Positions 38,348 through 47,403 of a stretch of 64,000 bases of DNA are shown piece by piece. The stretch lies in contig JABCTC010000002.1 in assembly GCA_018238545.1 (NCBI GenBank), forward strand, positions 1-64,000. Direction: 5' to 3'. The notes under the pieces were generated by a model that was not told where the DNA came from, did no database searches, and was given only the letters and a program-made list of their open reading frames with translations. The position numbers were made by a program, and so were the translations under genes. The stretch's first letter is position 1; each line of letters starts with the position of its first letter. This DNA comes from Candidatus Heimdallarchaeota archaeon (GTDB lineage Archaea; Asgardarchaeota; Heimdallarchaeia; Heimdallarchaeales; Heimdallarchaeaceae).

Positions 38348-39112
38348 TTATCTTTTCTTTTCGATTTTTCTCTTCTCTTCTTTCTTGCTTCTATGTTTAT
38401 CGGGCAATATTGAACTACCCCTTCTGGATTTTCTTTTATGCACTTTTTGAATAGCATATCTATCAACCAGAACCACAGCCCCTAGGATTCCTACTACACC
38501 TAAACAGAAGTACAAAATGTTTAACCATAAATCAGCTTCAAGTACATATTCTACTTCAACAGATTCAACAAACAAACTAAATCTCTGTGAACTGGAGAAA
38601 TATTCAATTCCTGTTCCATTTACGTAACTTACAGTGGTAGCTTCTAATGTGAAATTACCTTCTATTTTAGCTTGGAAATAGTAAAAATAGAAAATTGTTG
38701 CATTAACATCAACTTGAATGTATCTTTGAGTAGTTAAATTAAGAATTCCTATTGCCCATTCTTCGAAACTTGGATCAACTGTAGTTAGATTGTAAGCTGA
38801 TTCATTCCCCACATTAGTAATAGTCAAATTAACTCTTATCCATTCATTTGGTCTAACTAGGTGTGATGTTACCTCTACATCTTCATTTTGGATTGGCGAT
38901 GCATTGATTGACTTCTCTACAACCAAAATTGGACGATTTTTTAGTGTATCATTTTCTTGGTCTAAATTAGGAACAATGACTGTTTGTTGAAAATCTTCCG
39001 TTTTTATTAAGTTCCCAGTAATGGGTGTTGTATTTAGCGCTCTTGATACGGGAAGTCCTATGAATAATAGTGAGATGAACAAGACTAAACTAATTGTGAA
39101 TTTTCTTTGCAT
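38348..39112 (-). CDS. Hypothetical secreted protein with a C-terminal TM anchor and a basic tail.
   Basis: N-terminal signal peptide (ISLVLFISLLFIGLPVS), N-glycosylation sequons, C-terminal LGVVGILGAVVLV followed by KVHKRKSRRG...KKEEKRKIEKKR. Confidence 0.35.
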   Translation of the reverse strand: MQRKFTISLVLFISLLFIGLPVSRALNTTPITGNLIKTEDFQQTVIVPNLDQENDTLKNRPILVVEKSINASPIQNEDVEVTSHLVRPNEWIRVNLTITNVGNESAYNLTTVDPSFEEWAIGILNLTTQRYIQVDVNATIFYFYYFQAKIEGNFTLEATTVSYVNGTGIEYFSSSQRFSLFVESVEVEYVLEADLWLNILYFCLGVVGILGAVVLVDRYAIQKVHKRKSRRGSSILPDKHRSKKEEKRKIEKKR

Positions 39113-39344
39113 TAGATTCTTTCCGTTTAACTTCTAAACATGCTTCAAACAGCCAACTTAAATATTTTGCTCTTTGGTATTTTTCTTAAGAAAAGTGAAA
39201 TAAATTCACTTTACCATATTATTTCAAAGAGAGTGAAGATTCCTAAGCTCTATGTAATTTCAACTCTCTAATTCTCTGTTATGTCCCTAATTGTTATTTG
39301 ACGCGATAATATGCTCAACTATTATATGACGAGATAATCACCAA

Positions 39345-40265
39345 ATGTTTAATAAAAACCTCATTCTTTTGCACTTTATGACCGTTAAAATTATATGTGA
39401 CACTAGCGCAGACTTGAATTTACCTAATGATGCTACACTTTATGAAAAATATGATATTGAATGGGTTTCAATGAATATACTGTTTGGTACTACAGAGTAT
39501 AAAGAGCTGATTAATTTAAAACCATCTGGTTTTTACCAACTTGTTCATGAATCTACCGAACACCCTACAACATCACAATCAACTCAACACGATCTACTTG
39601 CTGCTTATGAGAAACATGGTTCCAAATATGATGAAATCATATCAATACATCTTTCAAGTGCATTAAGTGGAGCTTATGCCAATGCAATAATAGCTAAAAA
39701 AATGTACAAAAGAAAGAATCCTGATGGCGCTGAAATATACGTGTTTGATTCTAAACTAGCAAGTTCCCCTTTTGGCTTGATCGCAATTAAAGCTGCTCAA
39801 CTTGCAAAGCAAGGGTTGAACGCTGAAACCATTATTGAAAAACTTACAAATTTCTTAGAAAATGATGATGTGATATACTTCACCGTTAAAGACATCAAAT
39901 GGTTATTTGAAGGTGGCAGACTAAGCCGAGCTAAGTATTTTCTTGGAAAGATGTTAAATGTGAATCCTATTCTTACTTTAATTGATGGGAAAATAGAATC
40001 AGTTGGGAAAGGATCAGGACTTGAAAAAACTCTCGATGCAATGCTAGATATGGCTATAGACAACTTGGATGGGGATATTGATAATATTACTCTTCACTTC
40101 GTTGAGGCTGAGACAAGAACTGAAATTGAAGAGTTTATTGGACGTGTAAAGTTGACTTATCCTTCAATTAAGATCGGAGAGACATTCACCTTAGGTGGAA
40201 CAATTTGTACTCACACTGGTCCAGGCACTATAGTAATAGTGGCAACAAGGAATTTTGAATATTAA
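39345..40265 (+). CDS. DegV-family protein (FakB-like), paralog 2.
   Basis: VKIICDTSADL...; HLSSALSGAYANA; FTVKDIKWLFEGGRLS; 306 aa. Confidence 0.6.
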   Translation: MFNKNLILLHFMTVKIICDTSADLNLPNDATLYEKYDIEWVSMNILFGTTEYKELINLKPSGFYQLVHESTEHPTTSQSTQHDLLAAYEKHGSKYDEIISIHLSSALSGAYANAIIAKKMYKRKNPDGAEIYVFDSKLASSPFGLIAIKAAQLAKQGLNAETIIEKLTNFLENDDVIYFTVKDIKWLFEGGRLSRAKYFLGKMLNVNPILTLIDGKIESVGKGSGLEKTLDAMLDMAIDNLDGDIDNITLHFVEAETRTEIEEFIGRVKLTYPSIKIGETFTLGGTICTHTGPGTIVIVATRNFEY

Positions 40266-40321
40266 GTAAAATGAGTAAGGTTTAAAACTTTCTCTTTTTT
40301 TTCTATCGTTAGGTTGTTAAT

Positions 40322-41203
40322 TTGACTGTAAAAATAATGACAGATAGCGCTGCAGATATTCCGCAGAAGTATATTGAGAAATATGATATAGGAATTGTTC
40401 CAACTGTTATCCGTTTTGGAGATGAGATTTTTTATGAAAATGTAGACATAAATCTCGAGCAATTTTATGAAAAATTCCAAAACTCTAGAACATACCCTCA
40501 AACTGCAAACCCTACGTTAAACCATCAGTATTCTTTGTACGAGGAATTAGGGAAACATTCGGATGAAGTTTTGAATATTGTGATATCTTCTGGTATTTCA
40601 GGATCTTATAATACAGCTCATATTGCTCATCGAAATTATAAACGCAAAGTTAAAAATCCATCCGATATTCATATATATGATTCTAAGTTTGCAACATTTG
40701 GAATAGGGCTTTTAGCCATAAAAGCTGCGGAAATGGCTAAAGAAGGGTGTAGTGTTGAAGAAATTGTACCTGTGCTGAATGATTTTAGATCTTCATTGAA
40801 AATAGGTTTTACGGTTGAGAACCTCAAATATCTACATCGAGGTGGAAGACTAAGTTTATCCAAATTTTGGGTTGCTAAAATCGCAGATATGAAACCAGTG
40901 ATTAATTTTATTGATGGAAAAATGGACGTCATAAAGACAGTGAGAGGGCATGAAAAAGCTGTTATAGAATCATTCAATTCAGTTTATGATGAACTTGGAA
41001 GACCTAGTAAATTCAACACCTATATAATGCATGCTAGAAATGAAGATTCAGCTCGATTAGTTAAGGAGCATATAGAAAATCAAATTCAACCAGAAGACTG
41101 GAATGTTTCTATTAGAGAAGTAGGAATGACTATAGCAACACATACTGGATCCGGAAGCATTGGAATATGCGTTGATACAAAGTACAAATTTTTGGATAAA
41201 TAA
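40322..41203 (+). CDS. DegV-family protein (FakB-like), paralog 3, tandem with paralog 2.
   Basis: VKIMTDSAADIP...; ISSGISGSYNTA; FTVENLKYLHRGGRLS; 293 aa. Confidence 0.6.
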   Translation: MTVKIMTDSAADIPQKYIEKYDIGIVPTVIRFGDEIFYENVDINLEQFYEKFQNSRTYPQTANPTLNHQYSLYEELGKHSDEVLNIVISSGISGSYNTAHIAHRNYKRKVKNPSDIHIYDSKFATFGIGLLAIKAAEMAKEGCSVEEIVPVLNDFRSSLKIGFTVENLKYLHRGGRLSLSKFWVAKIADMKPVINFIDGKMDVIKTVRGHEKAVIESFNSVYDELGRPSKFNTYIMHARNEDSARLVKEHIENQIQPEDWNVSIREVGMTIATHTGSGSIGICVDTKYKFLDK

Positions 41204-41209
41204 GGATAG

Positions 41210-41932
41210 ATGAAGATGAAATATAAATACATACTTTTTGATTTAGATGGAACTTTAATCCACTTTGAACCAGTGGATTTTATTAAAACCTATCTTGGTG
41301 CTGCTTCAAAATTTTTTATGGATTTGATTCCTGATCCAAAGAAATTCGTGAAAGAAATACTTAGTTCAACAGATGCTATGGAAAAAGGAGATGATGAAAC
41401 AACAAACACCTTACAGGAATTTCTGAATGATTTTTGTCCAAAATTTGATGTTAATTGTGAAGATATCAGACAAAGATTTCTAGATTTTTATCAAACAGAA
41501 TTTAAGGTTATTAAGCCTTTGATTACCAAAATGAAGGGTGCAATGGATTTACTAGAAATGTTAAAGAAAGAACATCCAGAAATGAAAATTATTCTAGCAA
41601 CTAATCCTGTTTTTCCCTTCGTTTCAATAGAAAAGAGAATGGAATGGGGCGAAATCTCTCAAGATTATTTCGATTTAATAACTCATGCTGAAAACAGTAC
41701 ATACTGTAAAGGCAATGGCAAATATTGGAATGAAATTCTCGAAAAAGTTGGGGGAACTGCAGAAGAATCTCTTGTAATAGGAAATGATGGCTATAGAGAC
41801 ATGGGGGCCAAAATTTATGGTTTTAGTACATTTTTGATTGAAGAAAATCTTGAAAATGAAGATAAAATGACTGAGGATATACAACCAGATTATCGAGGTA
41901 CTTTGGAGGATTTATACCATCTCCTCAAATGA
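41210..41932 (+). CDS. HAD-superfamily hydrolase.
   Basis: Motif I ILFDLDGTLI; motif III/IV region GNDGYRDMG; 240 aa. Confidence 0.55.
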   Translation: MKMKYKYILFDLDGTLIHFEPVDFIKTYLGAASKFFMDLIPDPKKFVKEILSSTDAMEKGDDETTNTLQEFLNDFCPKFDVNCEDIRQRFLDFYQTEFKVIKPLITKMKGAMDLLEMLKKEHPEMKIILATNPVFPFVSIEKRMEWGEISQDYFDLITHAENSTYCKGNGKYWNEILEKVGGTAEESLVIGNDGYRDMGAKIYGFSTFLIEENLENEDKMTEDIQPDYRGTLEDLYHLLK

Positions 41933-41992
41933 GATAGCTAAACGAAAATGGTAAGACATTTAAAAGCTTCAACAGATATAATTTGAAGATAA

Positions 41993-43729
41993 ATGGCACT
42001 TGTTAATCCTGAAACATCTATTATTTTTGTTTATATATCATTCTTTTACAATTCTTTATTAGCTATTAAACTAATATATGATACTTTTGTAGGAAAGGTA
42101 GAAAAAAACAAAGTCGCGTGGAATATTATATCTGCTTGCTTAATTTTCGCTGGAACTTTACTCATGTTTATCTGGTTCCCTCGAGCATTTACTCCTGAAA
42201 TTGGATGGGATGCTTTCATTGGGCTTATCCTTCTTTTTGTGAATAACCTTACCGCAACAATTTTAGCTTTTATGAACAGAATTGAAGCTAATAGAATTGC
42301 AAAAATTGGAAATGTAATACTCACCTTATTAGCTCTTGTAACAATGATGCAGTATTTGCACAAAATATCAGCATTAACACCATTTATTCTTCCTCGTGGA
42401 CTAGGGTGGTTAACTCTAATTCCAAGTATTGGTTATGCTCAATTTCAAGCCTTTTTCTATGGATCAATTGGATATTTCTATCCAACATTGATATTCATTC
42501 CTATTGCTGTACCTATCAAATTTAGAAGAAAAATCGTGAAGAAGGATAAAAAAGCAAAAAGTTCTTCCAAAGCAATACAAAATAAAGAGAAACCAAAATC
42601 AACCAGCAGCAAATCTACATCTAGCCCGAAAAAACCTAAACGGAACGTGTTTCTTGATAAAATTGAAAGAGAAAAACCTGTAGAAATAGAAAGACCTCCA
42701 CTTTTTGCTAGCTTCAGGAGGTTTATGGATAATGCAACAAAATTTGTTTTTGGTGGTTTAGCTATACTAATTCTTGTTTTTGCAGGATTAGGAATCAGTA
42801 CAATGACTTCCTTCAACCAATATACATCTGCTGATTATCATCCTGTTTATCTCGATAGACCTGATTTTGAGTTCGGAGTCTCGTTGAAATCGGTTTCTTA
42901 TCAAACCATTGATTTATCTGATTACCAATCATTATTTCTAGAAGAGTTAGATTTGGTTGAAGATCTGGGTGTAACTGTGGCTAGATTGGATGTACGAATG
43001 GAGCTGTTAAACAACTTTGCAACGGAACTTACACAAATCATTGCATCTCTTAGAGCAAATGGGGTGAAAATAATGCTATCTACATACGGTTATGCTCCCC
43101 CTACTTGGTTTTTCCAAAATGTTAGTTTTGCAGATTATACTCAAGTTATTCATAATCAATCTGTTCAACTTGTACAATTGTATGAGCCTGACTATCTATT
43201 GATTTATCCCGAACCATTCGGTTTTTCCTCTGCTTTTGTTGCAGAATTGCAGGATGCGGATACATGGGTAAGTGTAATCGATGACACTTCCAACTTTATT
43301 CATTCAATATCAAATATAACTGAAGTGGGGATTAATCTTTCATTCAATGACTTTGATCCCTCAATAAATCTGTTCCAAAACTTGTGGGAAAATTCTACAC
43401 TTGATTTCGTAGGTCTAGATTATTACATAGTGCATGCAAGGGATTTAGATTTTAGCTATTACCTTAACATGGCAACAAATAATACTAAGGACTTTTGGTT
43501 CACAGAATTCGGTGTATCAGCAGTTGTTTATGGAGAACGAACTCAAGCAGGAGCATTAGCTGGAATGCTAGAGAACTGTCTTAACGACGAAAAAGTCAAA
43601 GGATTTGTCTATTATTCTTTACTTGATGATTTTTATGGAGCTAATACTCTAGGTCTTGTAACAGAAACAGGATATAGAAGAATGGCCTTCACAAAATACA
43701 AGGAGATTATCGCAGAAATATTGGGTTGA
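41993..43729 (+). CDS. Polytopic membrane protein with a C-terminal extracellular GH clan-A-like (TIM-barrel glycoside hydrolase) domain.
   Basis: About 6 N-terminal TM helices; K/S-rich linker; candidate acid/base IYPEPFG (N/PEP) and nucleophile WFTEFG (TE.G) at the spacing of GH-A enzymes. Confidence 0.4.
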   Translation: MALVNPETSIIFVYISFFYNSLLAIKLIYDTFVGKVEKNKVAWNIISACLIFAGTLLMFIWFPRAFTPEIGWDAFIGLILLFVNNLTATILAFMNRIEANRIAKIGNVILTLLALVTMMQYLHKISALTPFILPRGLGWLTLIPSIGYAQFQAFFYGSIGYFYPTLIFIPIAVPIKFRRKIVKKDKKAKSSSKAIQNKEKPKSTSSKSTSSPKKPKRNVFLDKIEREKPVEIERPPLFASFRRFMDNATKFVFGGLAILILVFAGLGISTMTSFNQYTSADYHPVYLDRPDFEFGVSLKSVSYQTIDLSDYQSLFLEELDLVEDLGVTVARLDVRMELLNNFATELTQIIASLRANGVKIMLSTYGYAPPTWFFQNVSFADYTQVIHNQSVQLVQLYEPDYLLIYPEPFGFSSAFVAELQDADTWVSVIDDTSNFIHSISNITEVGINLSFNDFDPSINLFQNLWENSTLDFVGLDYYIVHARDLDFSYYLNMATNNTKDFWFTEFGVSAVVYGERTQAGALAGMLENCLNDEKVKGFVYYSLLDDFYGANTLGLVTETGYRRMAFTKYKEIIAEILG

Positions 43730-43868
43730 AACAGATAATGAAGAATTAGTCTCAGACCGCCCATCACATCTCCTTTCCTTTCGGATCATAGACCGTTGTA
43801 TCATCATGAACGAATTCTTCGTTCAACATAAAAAACAGAAAATGTTTAAGGTTTTCTATCTCGTTTTT

Positions 43869-45146
43869 TCACAACATAGCATTGGACATAGATATGTAGC
43901 CTTCAATTTCGTTTTTAGCGATTCTAACAAATTCTAACAACTGATCAATATTCCCTTCAGTTGCAAATCTTTGAGTTTCTTCAAGTTTTCTCATCGCTTC
44001 CTCGAATTTTTCTTGTGCTTCTTTGAAGTTTTCTTGATCAAAAAGATAGATACCTTCTGTTTCTAGGGCGAGAGACTCATAAAATGAGCGTTGAGCTGTC
44101 ATATTGTAGATTAAAGTCTTACTTTTAATACTTGTTAGCAGTCCTAACGCTATATCAACAATTTCTACTGCTTTCAGGAATATTTCACTTGCTTTTTTAG
44201 GCTTGTCTTTCCTCTTATATAACTCATTGGCCTCTGCTTCGAATCTGCTAGCTTGAGTGATTCTAGATAATGCTAGATAGAGTCTTTGTTCCAAAAAATT
44301 ATCGCAAATACCACTAGCACGTGCATAGTATTTTGAAGCTATTGCAAAATATCGTAAAGCTTCATTGAAAAGACTCTTTGATATGTAATCGGTGCCTTTA
44401 TCCCAGAAAAATTCAGCTCGGTTAATAATATGAAGTTTAGTTATTTCATCGATTTTATTGTGAAGCTCATCCATCTCTTCGTCAAGAGATTGTAAAAAGA
44501 AATTAGCTTTCATTAATTCGGTTCGAGCATGAAGCAGATATTTTTTGTATAAATTTGTATTTTCCAATTTTGTTTGCGCTAAGGTTTTGTTAAGGGTATA
44601 TTTTGCTAAGGCAACCCTTGATTTTGCTATAAAATAATCTATTTGATTTTTCTCCTCATTTCGATTTTCAGAAAAAGCCTTGAAAAAAGCTATTCCCTCA
44701 TTAATTATCGTTAATTGCTTGTTTGGATCTGTTTCAATTGATGTTCTGCATATTCTTATCATACCTTCAGAGTAGTTTGTCCATTTGATCATTTCCTTGT
44801 AAACTAAATCTCCATCTACACCTCTTGAAGCTCTTGACCTAACTATCAATTTAAGGGCATCTTCAAAATGTTTGAGAGCTTTAGTGTAGTCTTTATTATT
44901 GAACAAATCATCAGCTTTAACTAAATATAGCATCCCTTCATAGAAATAGGAGAGCACCTTTGCATTAACGTTCTCCTCGCCTGCTTTTTGATAAGTGCTG
45001 AGAGTTTCAGAGTATTCAGCAAAAAGCTTGTTTAAATCTGAATAAACGGGCTCATAATGAATGAATTTAAAATCCGAGATATTTGAGCTCAAGTATATCA
45101 AACTAACATCTCTGCGTAAGAATAAAAAATTAACTGTTGTTTTCAC
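43869..45146 (-). CDS. Hypothetical all-alpha (TPR-like) protein, 425 aa.
   Basis: Intact ORF, helical repeat character, no catalytic motifs. Confidence 0.35.
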   Translation of the reverse strand: MKTTVNFLFLRRDVSLIYLSSNISDFKFIHYEPVYSDLNKLFAEYSETLSTYQKAGEENVNAKVLSYFYEGMLYLVKADDLFNNKDYTKALKHFEDALKLIVRSRASRGVDGDLVYKEMIKWTNYSEGMIRICRTSIETDPNKQLTIINEGIAFFKAFSENRNEEKNQIDYFIAKSRVALAKYTLNKTLAQTKLENTNLYKKYLLHARTELMKANFFLQSLDEEMDELHNKIDEITKLHIINRAEFFWDKGTDYISKSLFNEALRYFAIASKYYARASGICDNFLEQRLYLALSRITQASRFEAEANELYKRKDKPKKASEIFLKAVEIVDIALGLLTSIKSKTLIYNMTAQRSFYESLALETEGIYLFDQENFKEAQEKFEEAMRKLEETQRFATEGNIDQLLEFVRIAKNEIEGYISMSNAML

Positions 45147-45194
45147 AACATGAGTGTTTCTAAAACTTAATTAAAGAGCAGATTGTGAAACCAA

Positions 45195-45854
45195 TTGAAA
45201 TTCATGAGTTCTATACAACTGATTGTATTTGATCTTGATGGAACATTAATCCAATCAAATATCGATTATATGGGAATTCGAGATGATGTAAGGAAACTGT
45301 TAAAAGATCTTGTTCCTCCAGATGAATATCAAATCATAAAAGATACGCCTACAACCATCTTGAACTTGGTTGGACTTGTAAAAAAGAAGGATACACTAGG
45401 TGGGCTTTATGAAAAAGCTTGGCAGCTTGTTGAGGATGCTGAACGAATAGGTTATGAGAATGCTCAGCTAGATGAAGATGTTCATTCAACCCTAAGTAAA
45501 TTACAACTGGAGAATTTTGATATAGCTATTTTTACCAATAATTCCAGAAAACTAACTGATTATGGAATGAAGAAATTTGAACTTGATAAGTATACAGACA
45601 TTGTAATAACTAGAGATGATGTCGAAGAAGCAAAACCAAATCCTGAAGGGCTTATTAAGATTATGAATCACTTCAACCGATCAATAGAACAGACAATTTT
45701 CATAGGTGATTCCTGGTTAGATGCTGAAACTGCTCAAGTAGTTGGTGTTGATTTTATCTATTTTGGTGATTCAAGTGCTCCAAGTACTCGTAGAAAGAAG
45801 ATAGAGGTTACGAAAGTAGTTAACAAAATAAGTGAAATATTAAACTATGTTTGA
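45195..45854 (+). CDS. HAD-superfamily phosphatase (phosphoglycolate phosphatase-like).
   Basis: LIVFDLDGTLI motif I; ...FTNNS...; GDSWLDAETA motif IV. Confidence 0.6.
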   Translation: MKFMSSIQLIVFDLDGTLIQSNIDYMGIRDDVRKLLKDLVPPDEYQIIKDTPTTILNLVGLVKKKDTLGGLYEKAWQLVEDAERIGYENAQLDEDVHSTLSKLQLENFDIAIFTNNSRKLTDYGMKKFELDKYTDIVITRDDVEEAKPNPEGLIKIMNHFNRSIEQTIFIGDSWLDAETAQVVGVDFIYFGDSSAPSTRRKKIEVTKVVNKISEILNYV

Positions 45855-45917
45855 TTTTACTAGATATTTCTATGCAAAAGAAATTTAACCTATATAACAC
45901 TAATTTATACGATTAAT

Positions 45918-47342
45918 ATGAATCCATTTAAGATTAAAAAAATGACTATTTCTCTCTTATTAGTTGCTCTTTTTGCTATTTCTATTGTTCCCACTGTAAA
46001 TGTTTTGAGTGAAACCAATGGTGAAGAGGATATCAATACTATAAAGAGAGTTATTGTTTTTAGTGCTGATGCTTTCAGACATGATTACTTCGAAAAAACT
46101 AGTTTGCCAACAATTGAATGGCTAATTGGTGAAGGTGCAAAAGCCCTATACAATGTTCCTTCTAATCCCTCAGTAACAGCAGTTAATCACGTTTCTATGA
46201 TTACTGGAAATCATCCTGATGTTCATGGAATACTAGGAAATACTTTCTATGACTGGGTCGATAATAAATCATACTCATTGTTTGATGAAGCTACTGATCC
46301 TTATCGTGACACAAATACAGGTTTGCATTTGTTATCAACCCAACCCTCTGTCCTACATGCTGAAGAAAATGATATAGTAACTGCTGTGTTCGCGTGGCCT
46401 TATGTAGACGACGGAACAATGTATGGTGGAGCTGCTCCAACTTATGTTTATGACTACGATTATTTTGGTACAGAAAATACCCGTACTAACATGGGAATTG
46501 CAAGGAAAACTGTCGATACAATAATTGCCCATCCTGAAATTGGGTTAGCGTTTTCTTGGTGGCCAGCTGTAGATTCTAGAGGACATTATGCAGGTATAGA
46601 TTCAACCTATCTTATAGATGAGCTAGTAAATGTGGATAATGCGCTAGCTTATGTTATCCGAAGATTGCAGGAAGAAGACATGCTAAGGGAAACTATTATC
46701 ATTTTAACCTCTGACCATGGAATGGCTCCTGTCCATGATACTAATTTCTTCTTAGAAGAAAAATCCTATTTTGGGGTAGCCATGAACATGACTGGACTTG
46801 AACCTTATATAGCACATGATGCTGCTTTTGAATTACTTTACTTCATGGGAGAAACCAATGTCTCCAAAGTATCAGATTTTGCTAGTTGTCTTGAAGGACA
46901 AACTGGAATTGAAGGAGTGTTTGTTAATGAAGAGAACGAGGATATTGACATCTTTAATGCTAATAGAGGTATTAACATCTCAGTTTTTCTTGAACCAGGA
47001 TATTCTAGAAACTTTGGTGGCACATATGTAGGTATGCATGGCTATCTTAATACTAATACTGATATGCATGGAATCTTCATTGCTGCTGGTCCTGGCATTA
47101 AACAAAATATGACAATTGATGGAATTAGTATGATTGACATAGCTCCAACAGCACTATCACTTCTGGGTTCACAAAGTGATTTCGAAACAGAAGGTGTAGT
47201 ACTAAGTGCTGCAATAGGCGATAGGACAACTGAATTTCTTAACTCAAATTACGTTGTTGAGTCAGGAATAAGTTTAATTCCTGTTATAGCTTTCTTCGTA
47301 ATCGTTCCAATAATAAATGTTATTCGTAAAAAGAAGAAGTAA
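45918..47342 (+). CDS. Type I phosphodiesterase/nucleotide pyrophosphatase (alkaline-phosphatase superfamily), secreted with a C-terminal TM anchor.
   Basis: VIVFSADAFRHDYF; Thr nucleophile region PSVTAVNHVSMITGNHPDVHGILGN; LTSDHGM metal site; signal peptide; C-terminal hydrophobic helix plus RKKKK. Confidence 0.65.
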   Translation: MNPFKIKKMTISLLLVALFAISIVPTVNVLSETNGEEDINTIKRVIVFSADAFRHDYFEKTSLPTIEWLIGEGAKALYNVPSNPSVTAVNHVSMITGNHPDVHGILGNTFYDWVDNKSYSLFDEATDPYRDTNTGLHLLSTQPSVLHAEENDIVTAVFAWPYVDDGTMYGGAAPTYVYDYDYFGTENTRTNMGIARKTVDTIIAHPEIGLAFSWWPAVDSRGHYAGIDSTYLIDELVNVDNALAYVIRRLQEEDMLRETIIILTSDHGMAPVHDTNFFLEEKSYFGVAMNMTGLEPYIAHDAAFELLYFMGETNVSKVSDFASCLEGQTGIEGVFVNEENEDIDIFNANRGINISVFLEPGYSRNFGGTYVGMHGYLNTNTDMHGIFIAAGPGIKQNMTIDGISMIDIAPTALSLLGSQSDFETEGVVLSAAIGDRTTEFLNSNYVVESGISLIPVIAFFVIVPIINVIRKKKK

Positions 47343-47372
47343 GTTTCTTCTTTTATCTTTTTTTTAAAAAAA
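47343..47372 (+). terminator. Oligo-T tract.
   Basis: gtttcttcttttatctttttttt lies right after the stop of the 45918-47342 gene. Confidence 0.3.
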
Positions 47373-47403
47373 AGCAATTATATACTAGTGCGTATATTGT
47401 AAT

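Noticed and set aside
39113-39344. Considered a small ORF or ncRNA in the 230-bp spacer upstream of the DegV pair.
   Set aside because: No ORF over 30 codons and no recognisable RNA signature. Only a spaced 12-bp direct repeat, which is mentioned under the DegV finding as a possible operator.
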